A stretch of 64,000 bases of DNA, taken from the NCBI RefSeq assembly GCF_037042905.1, contig NC_087252.1, positions 2,792,001 to 2,856,000 on the forward strand. Reading direction: 5' to 3'. Shown here piece after piece: positions 10,770 to 23,153 of this stretch. The notes beneath the pieces are model-generated. The model was not told the origin of the DNA, did not search any database, and saw only the letters and a list, made by a program, of their open reading frames with translations. The translations under genes were made by a program, and so were the position numbers. Within the stretch, counting starts at the first letter, position 1, and every line of letters starts with the position of its first letter. Source of the DNA: Lytechinus pictus (Eukaryota).

Positions 10770-13700
10770 AGAGACTGCCTGCAAACAAGTCGGACTTTTC
10801 GCTCAACGACGGAGACGGACCTCGGCGACGCTGTAGTTGATTTTGGAAGAGACTCGTGGCCCCGTCGTCCAGCATTGCAAGTTCTGTGATATTATATATT
10901 TTTTTACATTTTGTATCCACAACGGAAACATTCAATCTGCAGTTCGTGTGTAAAATTCTAGTTGCTACTATGGTAGCAAAATGTTAATCTTGACAAAAAT
11001 AATACCAATTTGCGAAAACAATCAATTTCATTTTCTGGTCCTACTTGGAATCATAAGTAATATTAGAAACACCCCCAGTCGTAAGATATTTAGCAAATCG
11101 TTAAAAGTAATGCTACTGGAAGATTATAATTAATTTGGTATGGTAACATACTGCCTCAAAACAAATAATTCTATATAAAGATTTGTGAATAAGTAAGATA
11201 TTTTTTCTTGTAAATAGTGTAAATATGTTCACTGAAAATGATCGAAATTTTCTGCAACAGTAATAAGTAGAATTAGTACTGAATTTGATGTACAATATTG
11301 AGATTTAGTTAAATTTATTGTTTAAACTATGATGACATTATTTGGGGCTAACCTCGATTAGCATCTTGCTATTACGTTTTATAGCTCCAATTACCAAATG
11401 TTTTGTTTTTATGTGATGTACTATTCCTTGTAATTGTACTGACAGTGATATTTTGTAATAAATTCAATTCAATTCAATTCAATGGTAACAATGGCAACTC
11501 CGATTTGGGAGGATAGGCGGGAGCCACAAGTGTGCCGTCCTGACGCTCGAGCTAGCTGTGGAAGCAACAGCCAATCATCGCGCCTGTACCTTAAAAGCAC
11601 TTGTGTTAAAATTTCGCTCTAGAACTAGAGATCTATAATCTAAATAAAACTGTACGTTAAAGAATGATTAAAGTAATGAATTTAACGGATGTCATAAATC
11701 TCCGCTTTAATTCATTGAGTTTTTTTTTTGTCTTTATCAAAATACTAGCATTTGCTTGAAGTTAAGCACTTGCTCTTACTACCATGGCTAGTGGCAAAGC
11801 ATTTCATGAGATCCATGTACGGCAAGACCCTGGCCGGCTGTAATGGTTAAACCTGAGCTGATTAGACAGATGGATGGTAGCCCTGGCAGAGGGTGTATGA
11901 GGCTTGCTTTTTGGTAATAATTATGAAATATGATGAAAAATGAAAAATCTAAATTTTATTGTTAATTCGAAATAGAAACGTGAAAATTCATTTTGCCCAA
12001 TCGATGGAGGAACTTGGATGGTTCCCTTCGATTACGACTCGAGCATGGGCGGATCCAGTTTATTCCAAGGGGGCACATTTTTCCGAGGAAAATTTGATAA
12101 GGCCCCCCCCCCCCAAAAAAAAAAAAAGTTTTCATCTTTCTGCTACTGAGTTTGTCTCTCAAAAGGTAAAAAATGGCACACTTGTGTATTAACGAATATT
12201 GACTGCGACTCTCAAGGGGGGGGGGGGGACACTGGCCGGAAATACCCTCCCCCTCGGATCCGCCACTGTGTGTGTGCAAAGCTACTCGTGCCATTTGCCA
12301 TTTACATTACACTTCTCACGTGTCAGCAAAATGCGTGCAAAGTTACTACTACTATTCATGACGACTGTTTTCACAAAATATTGCTAAACTTTATCTTCAA
12401 TGACTTTATTATTTGTTATCCGATTTTGATGAAATTTTCGGCATTTTGCTCAGTGAATTCTACTCTATGTATTAGGATATAAATATTTTCAGCCCGGACC
12501 ATCCCTTTAATCCAAGTTTCGTTATTACCTTGAATATAATATGTCCGATCGCGTCTTCATTCACTCTTACTTGATTTCGTTTTATTTTCATTTCGGGTCC
12601 GTAACTTGCGGGACAATACTTAAATTGTTATAAAAATGAAGGTTTAAGAAAACTGGGATATCTTTCATCAAACAGTTTAATTAAAAAAAAAAAAAAATAT
12701 ATATATATACTTCACTGACTGCGAGGAAATGAATTGACATATTTTTCTTTTCAATCCATGATCCCATCTTGAAAAGTCACATATTGGGTACATTCCTTTC
12801 TATTCTTACATCATCTCTCTACATTATTTCTTTGTAAGTATCGCACATACCCTTTCACAAATTTTGTGTGTGTAAAATAGTGGTTTTGTATTTTGTAATA
12901 CATGAACTTGAGATTCAAGCTTATGTCGGACAAGTTTTTTTGTGTGTTCTATTTATGATAAATTACATTCAGATGTGATATACATATTGTGTATGTAATA
13001 ATCTTGACTTATATACTGTATTTAAATATTTAGGATGTGACCGCGCATGTATGGACCAATAGGAATACTTGAAGGTTTATGATCTTGTGTATAATTTGCC
13101 TAGACCTTTGTGAAAATTAAGAGTGGAAAAGTGGGGGGGGGGGGGACATGGGAAAATTCCAGCTTAGCCGGGTAATAATAATAGCAGGGCCCGCTGGGAG
13201 AACAGTTTTCGAAAATTTTCGCTGTTACCGTTATTATTGTTATTATTATTATTGTTAGTATTATTATTAGCGGTAGCAAATAACCGAAATGAACCCTTTG
13301 AAATCTTTGAAGTTTGGATATGAAAATAATGCAGTTACATAATTATTCTGTGATAAAAAAATGTCAGAAGGGGATAAAATAACTGCAAAGTGAAACAATA
13401 TACCTATTTCAAAATGTCAACGGTATTTGAGGAATTTACAGCAAAATAGGAATGAGTCCAATGTGATATCTCTAGGATTTATGCTCGATAATCTTGGAGT
13501 CTTTATCACGTTCATGGTGGAATGATCGATTGTATAGTATCGTATTGTAGAATCTTTCATTTAGAAGACAACTTATTGCTTCTATCCAGATTATGTTAAA
13601 GGTAAATTGTGACATTGGTTTATTTCAAAACTTTCTTTTAGATTTCACTCTTCGCTTTTCAAAATACTCATAAACAAGTTCTGAGTCCATAAAATGTATT

Positions 13701-15947
13701 GCATTGGCCAAAAGAACTGTTTTTATTCTCAAAAAAATATATAAAGAAGAGAAATTTTGCCAAGTGAGCTTTCTTTTGATGCAGATTTTGAAATTGATAT
13801 AAAAAATGAAGAGCGCCACCTTGAGACCAAATGACATCAATACCTGCTCATGAATATTCATATCCATCGCCTCTGCGCTTGTCTCACGTGCCGATCTGTA
13901 TACCGGCTATACAGTACAGTATCGGATTGAACGGCGGAGTCTGTTTGCGACTTTTTCATTCATATCCTGTAGGAGCGTGTGCATTCGCGCAGTCCCTCGA
14001 CGGCAAATTAAATAACTTGGAAACAACCAAGGAACTTTTTTAAATGACCATCATAATAATTGTGATGTTATGCACGTTGTTTTTCAAATCGCGGAGAAAA
14101 GGTCCTACGTACATCTTGATATCTGGGCAGAGTACCAGGTACCGAGAGACGGCTTCCTTCCCTTTCCTTGCTTTTCATCTTTGCTTCGTTTCTCTAGCTG
14201 TATTTTTTTTCTTTACTTGTCCAGGGTATGAAGGGAGGGAGAATTATGGTTGCTTGTGAAAGGGCTATTCTTATTTTTTTTCCCGTTTTTTATTTCTATT
14301 TTATAATTATATTTACATACGCATTTTTGTTTCGATTCCGATTCACTGAATTGTTATCAATTTCTTCAGGTTCTGTATTTTGATTTGTTCATTATTATAA
14401 CGTGTTGTAACATTTTTTTTAAAGGAAAAGGAAATCATTTTGTATTGAACTAGCTTTGCCGCCATTCTTCATTATTTTGCTTTGTGCGTTATATAGGCCT
14501 ATAAGATGCTCTTTCTCTTCCAGTGATTATTTGTCAATATACTGCCTCAATGTATTTATCACTAAAAAATGACAAATACCGCGTGGCCTATGCCTTTTTT
14601 TTTAAACAATATATTCTGGGGCGGATCCAGCTTTCACTAATAACGGGGCCGGGGTGAACAATATTTTCATCCACATTTTTCCCGATCGATCGGCAGCTCA
14701 AAGCTAGTTTTGGTTGGAATCTATAGTCGTAACAGTACTAAACCCTATAAAAAATGCGAGCGTGAGGTATTATTTTCGGACTGTGTATTGTGTCCTGAAA
14801 ATTGATCTGAGCAATATGATCATTAAACAAGATGCACACTGACGGATAAGGTGCTCAAAAATTTGAATAAGTAAAGGCCTATTTAGTTCCCTTGTTCGTT
14901 TTACTATAAGCCCTTCAACAATGTTTCCGTGTTTTGTATTACATTGATCAGTTAATATTTCTTTATGTCTCATACTATTTCGATATGAATTATACCTTGT
15001 CATTGTACTTGTTACTATGATTTTATATACTAATAACTCTGAACTTGTGAACCTGTTTAACCATGACTGAATGAATAAATCAATAAATGAATTGGTATAG
15101 ATGAATAGATGTTCCATCGAACAGGCAATGCGAACACAAAGCGCGGGCTAAATTGTTTTTATACATGTGTAGTGACATGATTGGCTCCCACCCCTCCCCA
15201 AGTCTGAATTCCCCTCACCTTTTTTTATTCATTCTTCCTCTTATATTTTGCCCCCCCCCCCTCTGCTTTCGTTCATATTACTTTGCGCCGCCAATATCGG
15301 GGGGGGGGGGGCGTAACGTCGGCCTCCTGGATCCGCCTATGATACCGGTGCGTAGGTCTGTATGTTATAACCATGTAACATCGATCCCCCTCCAAGTTTC
15401 TCTTTGCATTTTTCTTTTCAACTTGTTATGGTAGTATACTGAACAAGAACAAGTATGACGTCTCCTAGGTGCCTCTCCCTCCACCCACTCTAGCTCCTCG
15501 GTCCGCTGCATGTGCTCGGATAATAAAATTACGTACTTATCATGGTGATATATATATAATAAAATTGCAAATTTTATTGCAAAAACTGCATTACTCGTGA
15601 ATTTGTGTTTCGCATTTCTGATGTCTTATTAAATATATATATATATATATTCGAGGACATACAGCTAGGCGGAACTATTTGGGGGAAGGGGTCTTCCATC
15701 TCTGTGTGATTCCGAAGTTCCGATGATGGTTCAGAGAATGTACTTCATGCAAAATCACGTTTTGGCATGACCTCTCAGCGCTGGGCATATCGACGGACAA
15801 AAAAATGCAAAAATGTGATGGATCGAAATGGTAAAAAATATATATTTTAAAGAAAACCATCGTTATAAAATGCAGTCATACCAACATATTTTTGTTAATA
15901 CCAGTTTGAACTTAGATAAAAATTATAACCCGAGGCTATATTAGCAG

Positions 15948-16937
15948 CAGGGGCGGCGGAACCGGGGGGCGGCAGGGGCACTTAACCCCCTACATAAAAA
16001 AATCCCAGTAGGAAAAAATGCCTTTTTTAAATGGAGAGTGCACTTATTTCAAAATGATGTACATGAATGTCCCTTTTCAAAATAAAATACCCTTTTTGAA
16101 GTCAAACGATACATTTTAGGTTGGAAATCACAAAATTTTTGGCTCGCGCTTCGCGCCCACATCATTTATTTTTTAGGAAGGCACTCACTTTGTTTTGGTT
16201 ACAACTTGTGCTTATAATGTTCAATTTTCAGGTTTAAATGTCACAAATCTTCAGCTCGCGCTTTCCGCTCGCATCAAAGGTACACATTATGTTCTTGGTT
16301 TCAAACTGCTTAGAATATCCAGTTTTCAGGTTGAAATATTACAAATTTTCGGCTCGCCGCGCTTCGCATCAATTATTATTTATTAAGACACACAATTAAG
16401 TTCTTGGGTTAAAAAAGTGCTTAGAATGTCCAGTTTTCTGGTTGGAATATCGCGCTCGCGTCCATTCTTCAATTAGATGCACATCTTTTTCATAACAAAA
16501 TTGCTCGGAATGTTCTGATTTTCATGTCTTATTAGTCATGTTAGTACAAGCAATGTCTAGAATTTATAGCTCGCGATTTGCGCTCTTAACACCTCGCAAG
16601 AATGCTCTTTTAACAATAATTTGCGCGATTTGACCAAAAAGCGGCGAGTTTCACAACTTCAGATTTGAAAATGTTCAAACTGCTTGCTTGCTACGCTCGC
16701 TCCCGGAAAAATAAAGCCTAAATAGATATTTTATCAATCAGAAAAGACTTTAAAAAGGTTTTGCTCAATTTAATTACTACAAAACGCACAACTACTTAAC
16801 ACAGATGATAATCTCATGGTGAAAATATAAGTTTGCATAAAAAATGCAATTTTTTGCATATAAGTGCCTTTTTTCGCTTTGTCCCCCCCCCCAAAAAAAA
16901 AAAAAAAAAAAATTGAAAATACGTTCCGTCGCCTATG
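15948..16937. mobile_element. hAT-like MITE with internal GCTCGCGCTTCGCGCTCGC satellite, nested in the 10.7-kb element
   Basis: Ends CAGGGGCGGCGGAAC and GTTCCGTCGCCTATG. TSD not preserved. Confidence 0.65.
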
Positions 16938-17264
16938 ATTCCGTCACCTATGGCACTCGCTGGTATTTGAATATATCATCATTTACACCCTCTCAAAGAA
17001 AGCAGACTTACTTTTGCCCTTTATTTTGCCCACAATGGAACTTACAGGAAAGCATATCAAACAGGATGCAAATGGAGGTCTATTCAGCCGGACGTTATTA
17101 TACGCTTTGGAGTTTGGATTCTTGTTTGCCTAGAAAACGTAAAGTATTTCAAGAGTTTTTATATTTTCATTACATCTTTGTCCTTATTTCTCTATATCCG
17201 TAGCTCTACCATGCGCGTATTCGGGGGCGCCAAAATAGGGAGAAAAGGGAAGGAAAGAAAAGGG

Positions 17265-17680
17265 GTTGACGAATTGCTGTTTGACATGGGGGGGGGGGGT
17301 GGATGCGCCGAATTGATGTTCAACCTAGAGTATGTATATAGCGGGTGACGAATTTATGTTTTGCTTAGGGGCGCCGAATTGATGTTCGACCTAGGATGTG
17401 CCAAATTGATCTTCATCCTAGGGGGGGGGGCGAATTAATGTTTTACCTCGGGGCGCCGTATAGATGTTCGACATAGGGGCACCGAAGGGCACCGAAATGA
17501 TGTTTAACCTTGGGGATGGGGCGCCGAATAATTTTTTTCTATATACGGTTGTCGAGTTGCTGTTTGACATATAGGGGTGCCGAATGGATATTCACCACAC
17601 GCCAATTTGATATTTGTCTCGGTGCATCAAATTCAGGTTCAATTTACCTAGGGAGGGGAGGGGGTGCCAAACTCATGTTT
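17265..17680. repeat. Degenerate ~32-bp minisatellite (GGGGCGCCGAATTGATGTTCGACCTAG)
   Basis: Roughly ten diverged units visible. Confidence 0.8.
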
Positions 17681-17709
17681 GCTCCCATCAATTACCAATC
17701 ATGTTCATG

Positions 17710-18465
17710 ATTACCAAAAGTGCCTAGAAAGTCCTAATTTTAGATCAGAATATAAAAACAAATTCATCCTACTCTTCGCATTAATTGTTTAGTAAGGTGG
17801 CGATCCTGTTCATGGTAAGATAAGTGCTTAGAATGTCTGACTTTGTATCAAAATATATAGATTTTTATTCAGCTCGCGCTTCGCGCTCGCATAAACTGTT
17901 TTGTTACTGATCATCCTTTTCATGATAACCGAAAATGCTTACTCAAATGTCCAAATTTTAGGTAAGAATATGAAAAAAAATTCATCTCGCTCTTTGCGGA
18001 CGCATCAATGTTTAGTTAGATGACAATCCTGTTCATGATTACCAAAAGTGCTTAGAATGTCCACATTTTAGGTCAAAATATCAATCACTTTTTAAGCTCG
18101 TGCTTCGCACTCGCACAAATTTACGAGGTCAGAATATCAAAAAATTTGAACTCGCGCTTAGCGCTCGCATTAATTATTTAGCTATATACTCATCCTGTTC
18201 ATGGTTATAAAAAGTGCTTATGATGTCCAGTGTTGGATTGGGAATTCAAAAATTGTCAGTTCGCACTTCGTGATCGCATAAAATGTTGATAGATACTCAT
18301 CCTGTTCTTGATTGCCAAAAGTGCTCATAGATTTTTTTCCCCTCAAATTTTAGGTCAGAATATAAAAAAAATTCAGCTCACGTTTCGCGCTCGTATCAAT
18401 AATAATTGTTTAAATAATTCATATACATATCATGTTCACGGTTGCAAAAAGCGTAGAATGTTTGA
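17710..18465. repeat. Degenerate ~80-bp tandem array built on GCTCGCGCTTCGCGCTCGC
   Basis: Recurring AAAAGTGCTTAGAATGTCC..TTTTAGGTCAGAATAT..GCTCGCGCTTCGCGCTCGC..ATCCTGTTCATGATT. Same family at 16120-16710 and 52000-53420. Confidence 0.85.
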
Positions 18466-20357
18466 TCGGAAAACAGATGAAAATATCCCCCTCCCCTATT
18501 GGCGAAAGCTGGATCTAGCCCCGGTTAAGAAATTACAGCTCCCGCACATAATTTTAGTATGGTCTACCACTCTGATGAAAAGTTGAACTAAATTGAAACC
18601 CCAAAACGCTTAAAAATTCTATGCTTTCTGGTCGCATTTATTCTTTTCAAGAAGTGGATACAACTTTGATCTTTTTTTACATGGACACACTATGGACACA
18701 ATAAAAAAAATGGTCTTCGATTGCCTTTTTCACGTGGTTGTGGAATAAGACAATTCAAAATGCATTTAGGCACTTTGATTGCCTGAGTGGTCGGGTCGGG
18801 GTGCAATTTTCCGAAAAGTTCACAGGGGCGCAAAAATAGTGACCCCCTCGTGGTGCAAAATCCTGGATATGCGCATGTCCGTCGGGCATCGTTTCCACTT
18901 TTGTACCTCTTTATCTATACCGGTGTGATACTATATAAGTCCATGGATCAGTTTACTTCCATTTCGTCTGATGCCAAATCGTCAAATTGCCAACTCGCCT
19001 ACTATCATTAAAGTCTACCATAATTATGTTCATCCACTATCGTCTAGTAACCAGTTGGTCCAATAGCCATTCAGTCCATATACCATTTGGTCTCATTGGA
19101 CAACGTGCTATTGTGCAAAATGAATGAAAATGAATTGGATACTGGACCAAATAGTTGTTCGACGAAATATTGATGGACGGAATGGATATGGACTAAATTA
19201 AATCAGACCATGTGGTGAGTGCAAGTTGGCACTTGGCAGTCGACGACTTGGCAATTTACCAATGGACCTACTAGGCCACTAAATTGAACTTGTCCGAGTG
19301 TGCCATAACACCTAAACTGCAGGCTTTCTCATATCCGATACCCCCCCCCCCCCATCCCCGCCGCCCCAAGAAAGGGAAGGGGGGCATGGAGGAGAGAGAA
19401 GAAATAAAGAAAGAAGTAGATTGTTGAAAGGGAATCAAAATAATATGAATCAAAGGGAATGTAAACGCAATATCATACTCTGTTTGAATCGCTTCTCTTT
19501 CATGGAATTTATACTTTGAATAGATCGTTTCATTTCAGTCTTTCTCATTATTTTACTTTCAACCCTGTATTTCATCAGCTTTACTATCAAAAGCCTGCGT
19601 AGCGAATTACAAAACGTCCCATCCTTGTTTCACCACCCATGACATTATGTAATTATCATTTTATTATTATCATGTAATGAAATTCATACTGTGTTTACAC
19701 GCTGCATCTGCTGTCAGTTTGACTACCTTGTAAATATTTATTTACAAGGTAAAGCTTATTTCCAAGGTAATATTTATTTACAAGGTAAAGCCTATTTCCC
19801 CACTGGAAAATAGCTTTAGAGCTTTCGTGGGTCATCCTGTGTAAGCCTGTTGTTTTTAATGCTACTGTATATATATTATGGTGACTTGCGAAATAAAATC
19901 AATCAATCAATATTTTTTGACGATATCCAGTTGAAATCAGTGGCGTTCAAAATAATGGGGAAGGATTGGGGCTATATGGATTCCCAAATTTGTCACGGCC
20001 AATACAAAAAGAAAGCGAGAAGGGGAACTAATATCTGAATATTATGTCAAAATCTATCACCGATAAAAAATGATTTGTGCCCGACACATATATCTGGCCC
20101 CTTAATTCTTATATTTTACGTTTATTATTTACGCCAATAGTTCAAGCAAGGTTCCTAACATCTTTCTGTATTTTTCGATGTTTACACAATTCCTAGCCTT
20201 GGGTTGGGGGTTGTGTGTATTCCTTATGTTCGCATTTTTTAATGTTATTTTTCTATTTATTTCAATATTATCCTCTCCAACTTTATTATGGTATGACTAT
20301 TCAAGGAATTATAATTACTCGTTTGCTTGCATGCTCCATGACCGCTTTGCCTTCACT

Positions 20358-20893
20358 CCGGGGGGGGGGGGGGCACTTACATTGACGAGTGGATACCATG
20401 CGCGACCCCAAAAACACGTAAAAAGGATGTCTTTTTGTCAAAAACACAAAAATATTTAAAAAAGGGTATCTATGTTGCTAGGAAAGCTACGTGTTTAGGG
20501 TAATATTTTCGGGGATGATGAAACAAAATTAAAATGTTTTATAAAGGATGTCCTTTTTGCCCCAACACTACGTGTTTAGAGTCCGACTTGCGCGAGTTGT
20601 GGAAGGTGCATGGGGCCGTACTAAACCAAAATAATGATGTGTAAAGGTAAAACCAACGACCGACGGACCCGACATAACAATAAAATATCGCTGTACTTGT
20701 TTAGGGGTTCATTTCGGGAATACTTGCCAAGAGTATCGTTTTGTTTCCAATACTTGTTAAGGGTCGGTTTGAGACGCCAATACTTGTTAAGGGGTGCAGT
20801 TTGAGAATATGGAAAATACGTGTTTGGGTGCTTTTCGAGACCCCATGGTCGCGCATGGTATCCACTCGTCAATGGAAGTGCCCCCCCCCCCGG
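20358..20893. mobile_element. MITE with CCG(G)n termini and 8-bp TSD (superfamily unassigned), nested in the 10.7-kb element
   Basis: TIR CCG(G)nCACTTACATTGACGAGTGGATACCATGCGCGACC, near perfect. CCTTCACT at 20350-20357 and 20894-20901 (9 bp GCCTTCACT if the boundary is shifted by one). Confidence 0.92.
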
Positions 20894-22319
20894 CCTTCAC
20901 TTCTCTCAGTGCGTATCAGAACTATTACTGTATTCTCATTGATCCCCCTGGAGTTGTAAAAAACCCATAAAGGCAAAATATTATATTTTCATCGGCAGCA
21001 CATGTGCATTAATTACATCATCATAAATTAAGTACATCAGGGTCCATGATCAGAAAAAGCGTATACCCATTAAACCTCGCCAGATGGGGCTTGTCCCAAA
21101 ATAACAATTTTATTTTTGTCTCGTTTCGAAATTTCATTTTTATTTTGGCTGCTATATGCTTCAAGCACATATTTGCTTACTGTATATAGTTTGCCTATGC
21201 ATTTTACTCATTATATATATATTTTTTTATATATTGTATTTCTCCAGTCACTACATATACGATTGTCACTTGTATTATGATCATGTCTCAAGCATTGTAA
21301 ATTTGTTTTGTATATTATTCCCATAAATGCAAAAAAATCCTGCAAAAAAAGCCACATCACCACATAGTTGAACCATTCCAACTATTTATACGATCAATAC
21401 GATCGCCTCGACTGATCTGATACGATTAATTATTCCGCGATTATAATTAAGGCCCTTGGAACCGGGGGTGCAAAGCACCCCCAAGATTTTACAATGGGGT
21501 GCGGCGTGCATTATTTTCCATGTAGGCAGCTCCCCCTGGAATTCTGGTATAGGTGTCGAATTGGATAAATGTAGGAAAATTACCAACATTTTGTATTGGA
21601 ACCTTTTTTAATGTTTTTCTTTTGCTTTGTCAAATTTTCCTCAGCACCGCCACCAAAAAAAAAAATCGTGACAGTGTGAACTTGGCACTTTTTTTTCAAT
21701 CATAAAAAATGATTATATTATTTTCCCGCATGAGTTTTGAAATATTGACACGTACGCCAGAATCTCTTTGGTCCTAATATGAAGCATAAATTTCCACGTC
21801 TATAAAACAACATTTATCATTCGTTTTTCCTATAGTTATAGCAGGGAAATGGGAGTTACAATTCCATTGATAAATAAGTCTAAAATGTTATGCCAATCAT
21901 TAAGATGCAAGTCCCGGATGCAAGTAATGTCTTTGTCCTGCTCATGTCGCAGTCATTCACATTTTTTCAACGGTTGAACTGCTCGTGCACACTCTGTATG
22001 CGTATAGGCCTTTCCCGGAGGCCTTTCTTCCTCTCATTTGTTGCTATAAAATTTCATCTTTTTATCAATTCTTTCTACTTGTTTACTGTCTATGAAGGGG
22101 TAGCAAGTTGATCTCCCATGGGGTGCCCCTATATATTGTTGCATCATTTGTATCCATTTCTTGGGAAAATACATCAATTGGATGATCCATTTATATATGC
22201 CTATCCATCCATTCTTTCAGTCATCCATCCACCGGTCGTGCTGATGGTTTGATTATAGCATGGACGTAATAGGTCCATGATTGCATAAAGTATAAAGCGC
22301 CCTACTATATCATTATAGA

Positions 22320-22514
22320 CTACCCCCACCCCCTCCCCATACTACATAAAAACTCGGCGACCCATGTACACATTTCAAAGCAGACGTAATGTACAAGCAC
22401 AATTCCCTTGTACATGTTGCACCTTGCTGCTTCTCCAGGTTTGCTTAGTCTTCTGTCACATACGTTGTTGCACTTTGCCCCACGGCGTGCCTTGTAAAGT
22501 TCTGTTGTAAGACT
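22320..22514 (-). pseudogene. Possible decayed PHD-finger coding fragment inside the 10.7-kb element
   Basis: Stop-free 64-codon frame containing KCNNVC-x12-CNMY-x6-HYVC-x11-CSMG; 6 of 8 C4HC3 ligands present. Confidence 0.45.
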
Positions 22515-22958
22515 CTACATGCTGGTCGGCCCTGGAAATCACAACTCTGAAGCACGTGCACCGCGCAATACTCAACTTCTCATTTTTCCATATCTCGATG
22601 CAAGCTTTCTTGTGTGGATGCAAAAATAAGAGTTTTCCCAGAAATCTTGTCCCTGACGTCATGTCTGCCCCCCCCCTCATTTTTTGACTCATGACGCCTT
22701 TACTCTGCTTGTTCGACCTTGAGCCGTTGGTCCCCTGGTTGCTTGCTCACAGGCATTCGTGCTTTCTTAGCAGTCAGGTAAAAACCTCGGCAACAGAAAT
22801 AACAGAAATTAGCAACTTGATGCGTACGTTGGTCACATTCATGCTATCACGATCTACACAATGTAGACTACACGTACGTACTTCGCATCAACAGGTTTCT
22901 CAGCTCACCTTTTGACCTCGCGAGTTCAATCTAAACAAACGAAGAGTAGTCAAGTGTT

Positions 22959-23153
22959 GCATTGGGATTGTATCTTCGTTATGTTTTACTATAGGCCTAT
23001 ATTTAACCCCGCATTGGGGTTGCATCTTCGTTATGTTTTACTATAGGCCTATATTTAACCCCGCATTGGGGTTGCATATTCGTTATGTTTTACTTTAGGC
23101 CTATATGATTGCATCTTCGTTATGTTTTACTATAGGCCTATATTTAACCCCGT
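22959..23153. repeat. 52-bp tandem repeat, ~3.7 units
   Basis: GCATTGGGGTTGCATCTTCGTTATGTTTTACTATAGGCCTATATTTAACCCC units at 22959, 23011 and 23063, plus a partial unit. Confidence 0.95.

Noticed and set aside
14616..18524. One large hAT-like element bounded by GGGGCGGATCCAGCTTTC inverted repeats
   Set aside because: The inverted ends are present but there is no TSD and several other ends interleave, so it cannot be shown to be a single insertion.
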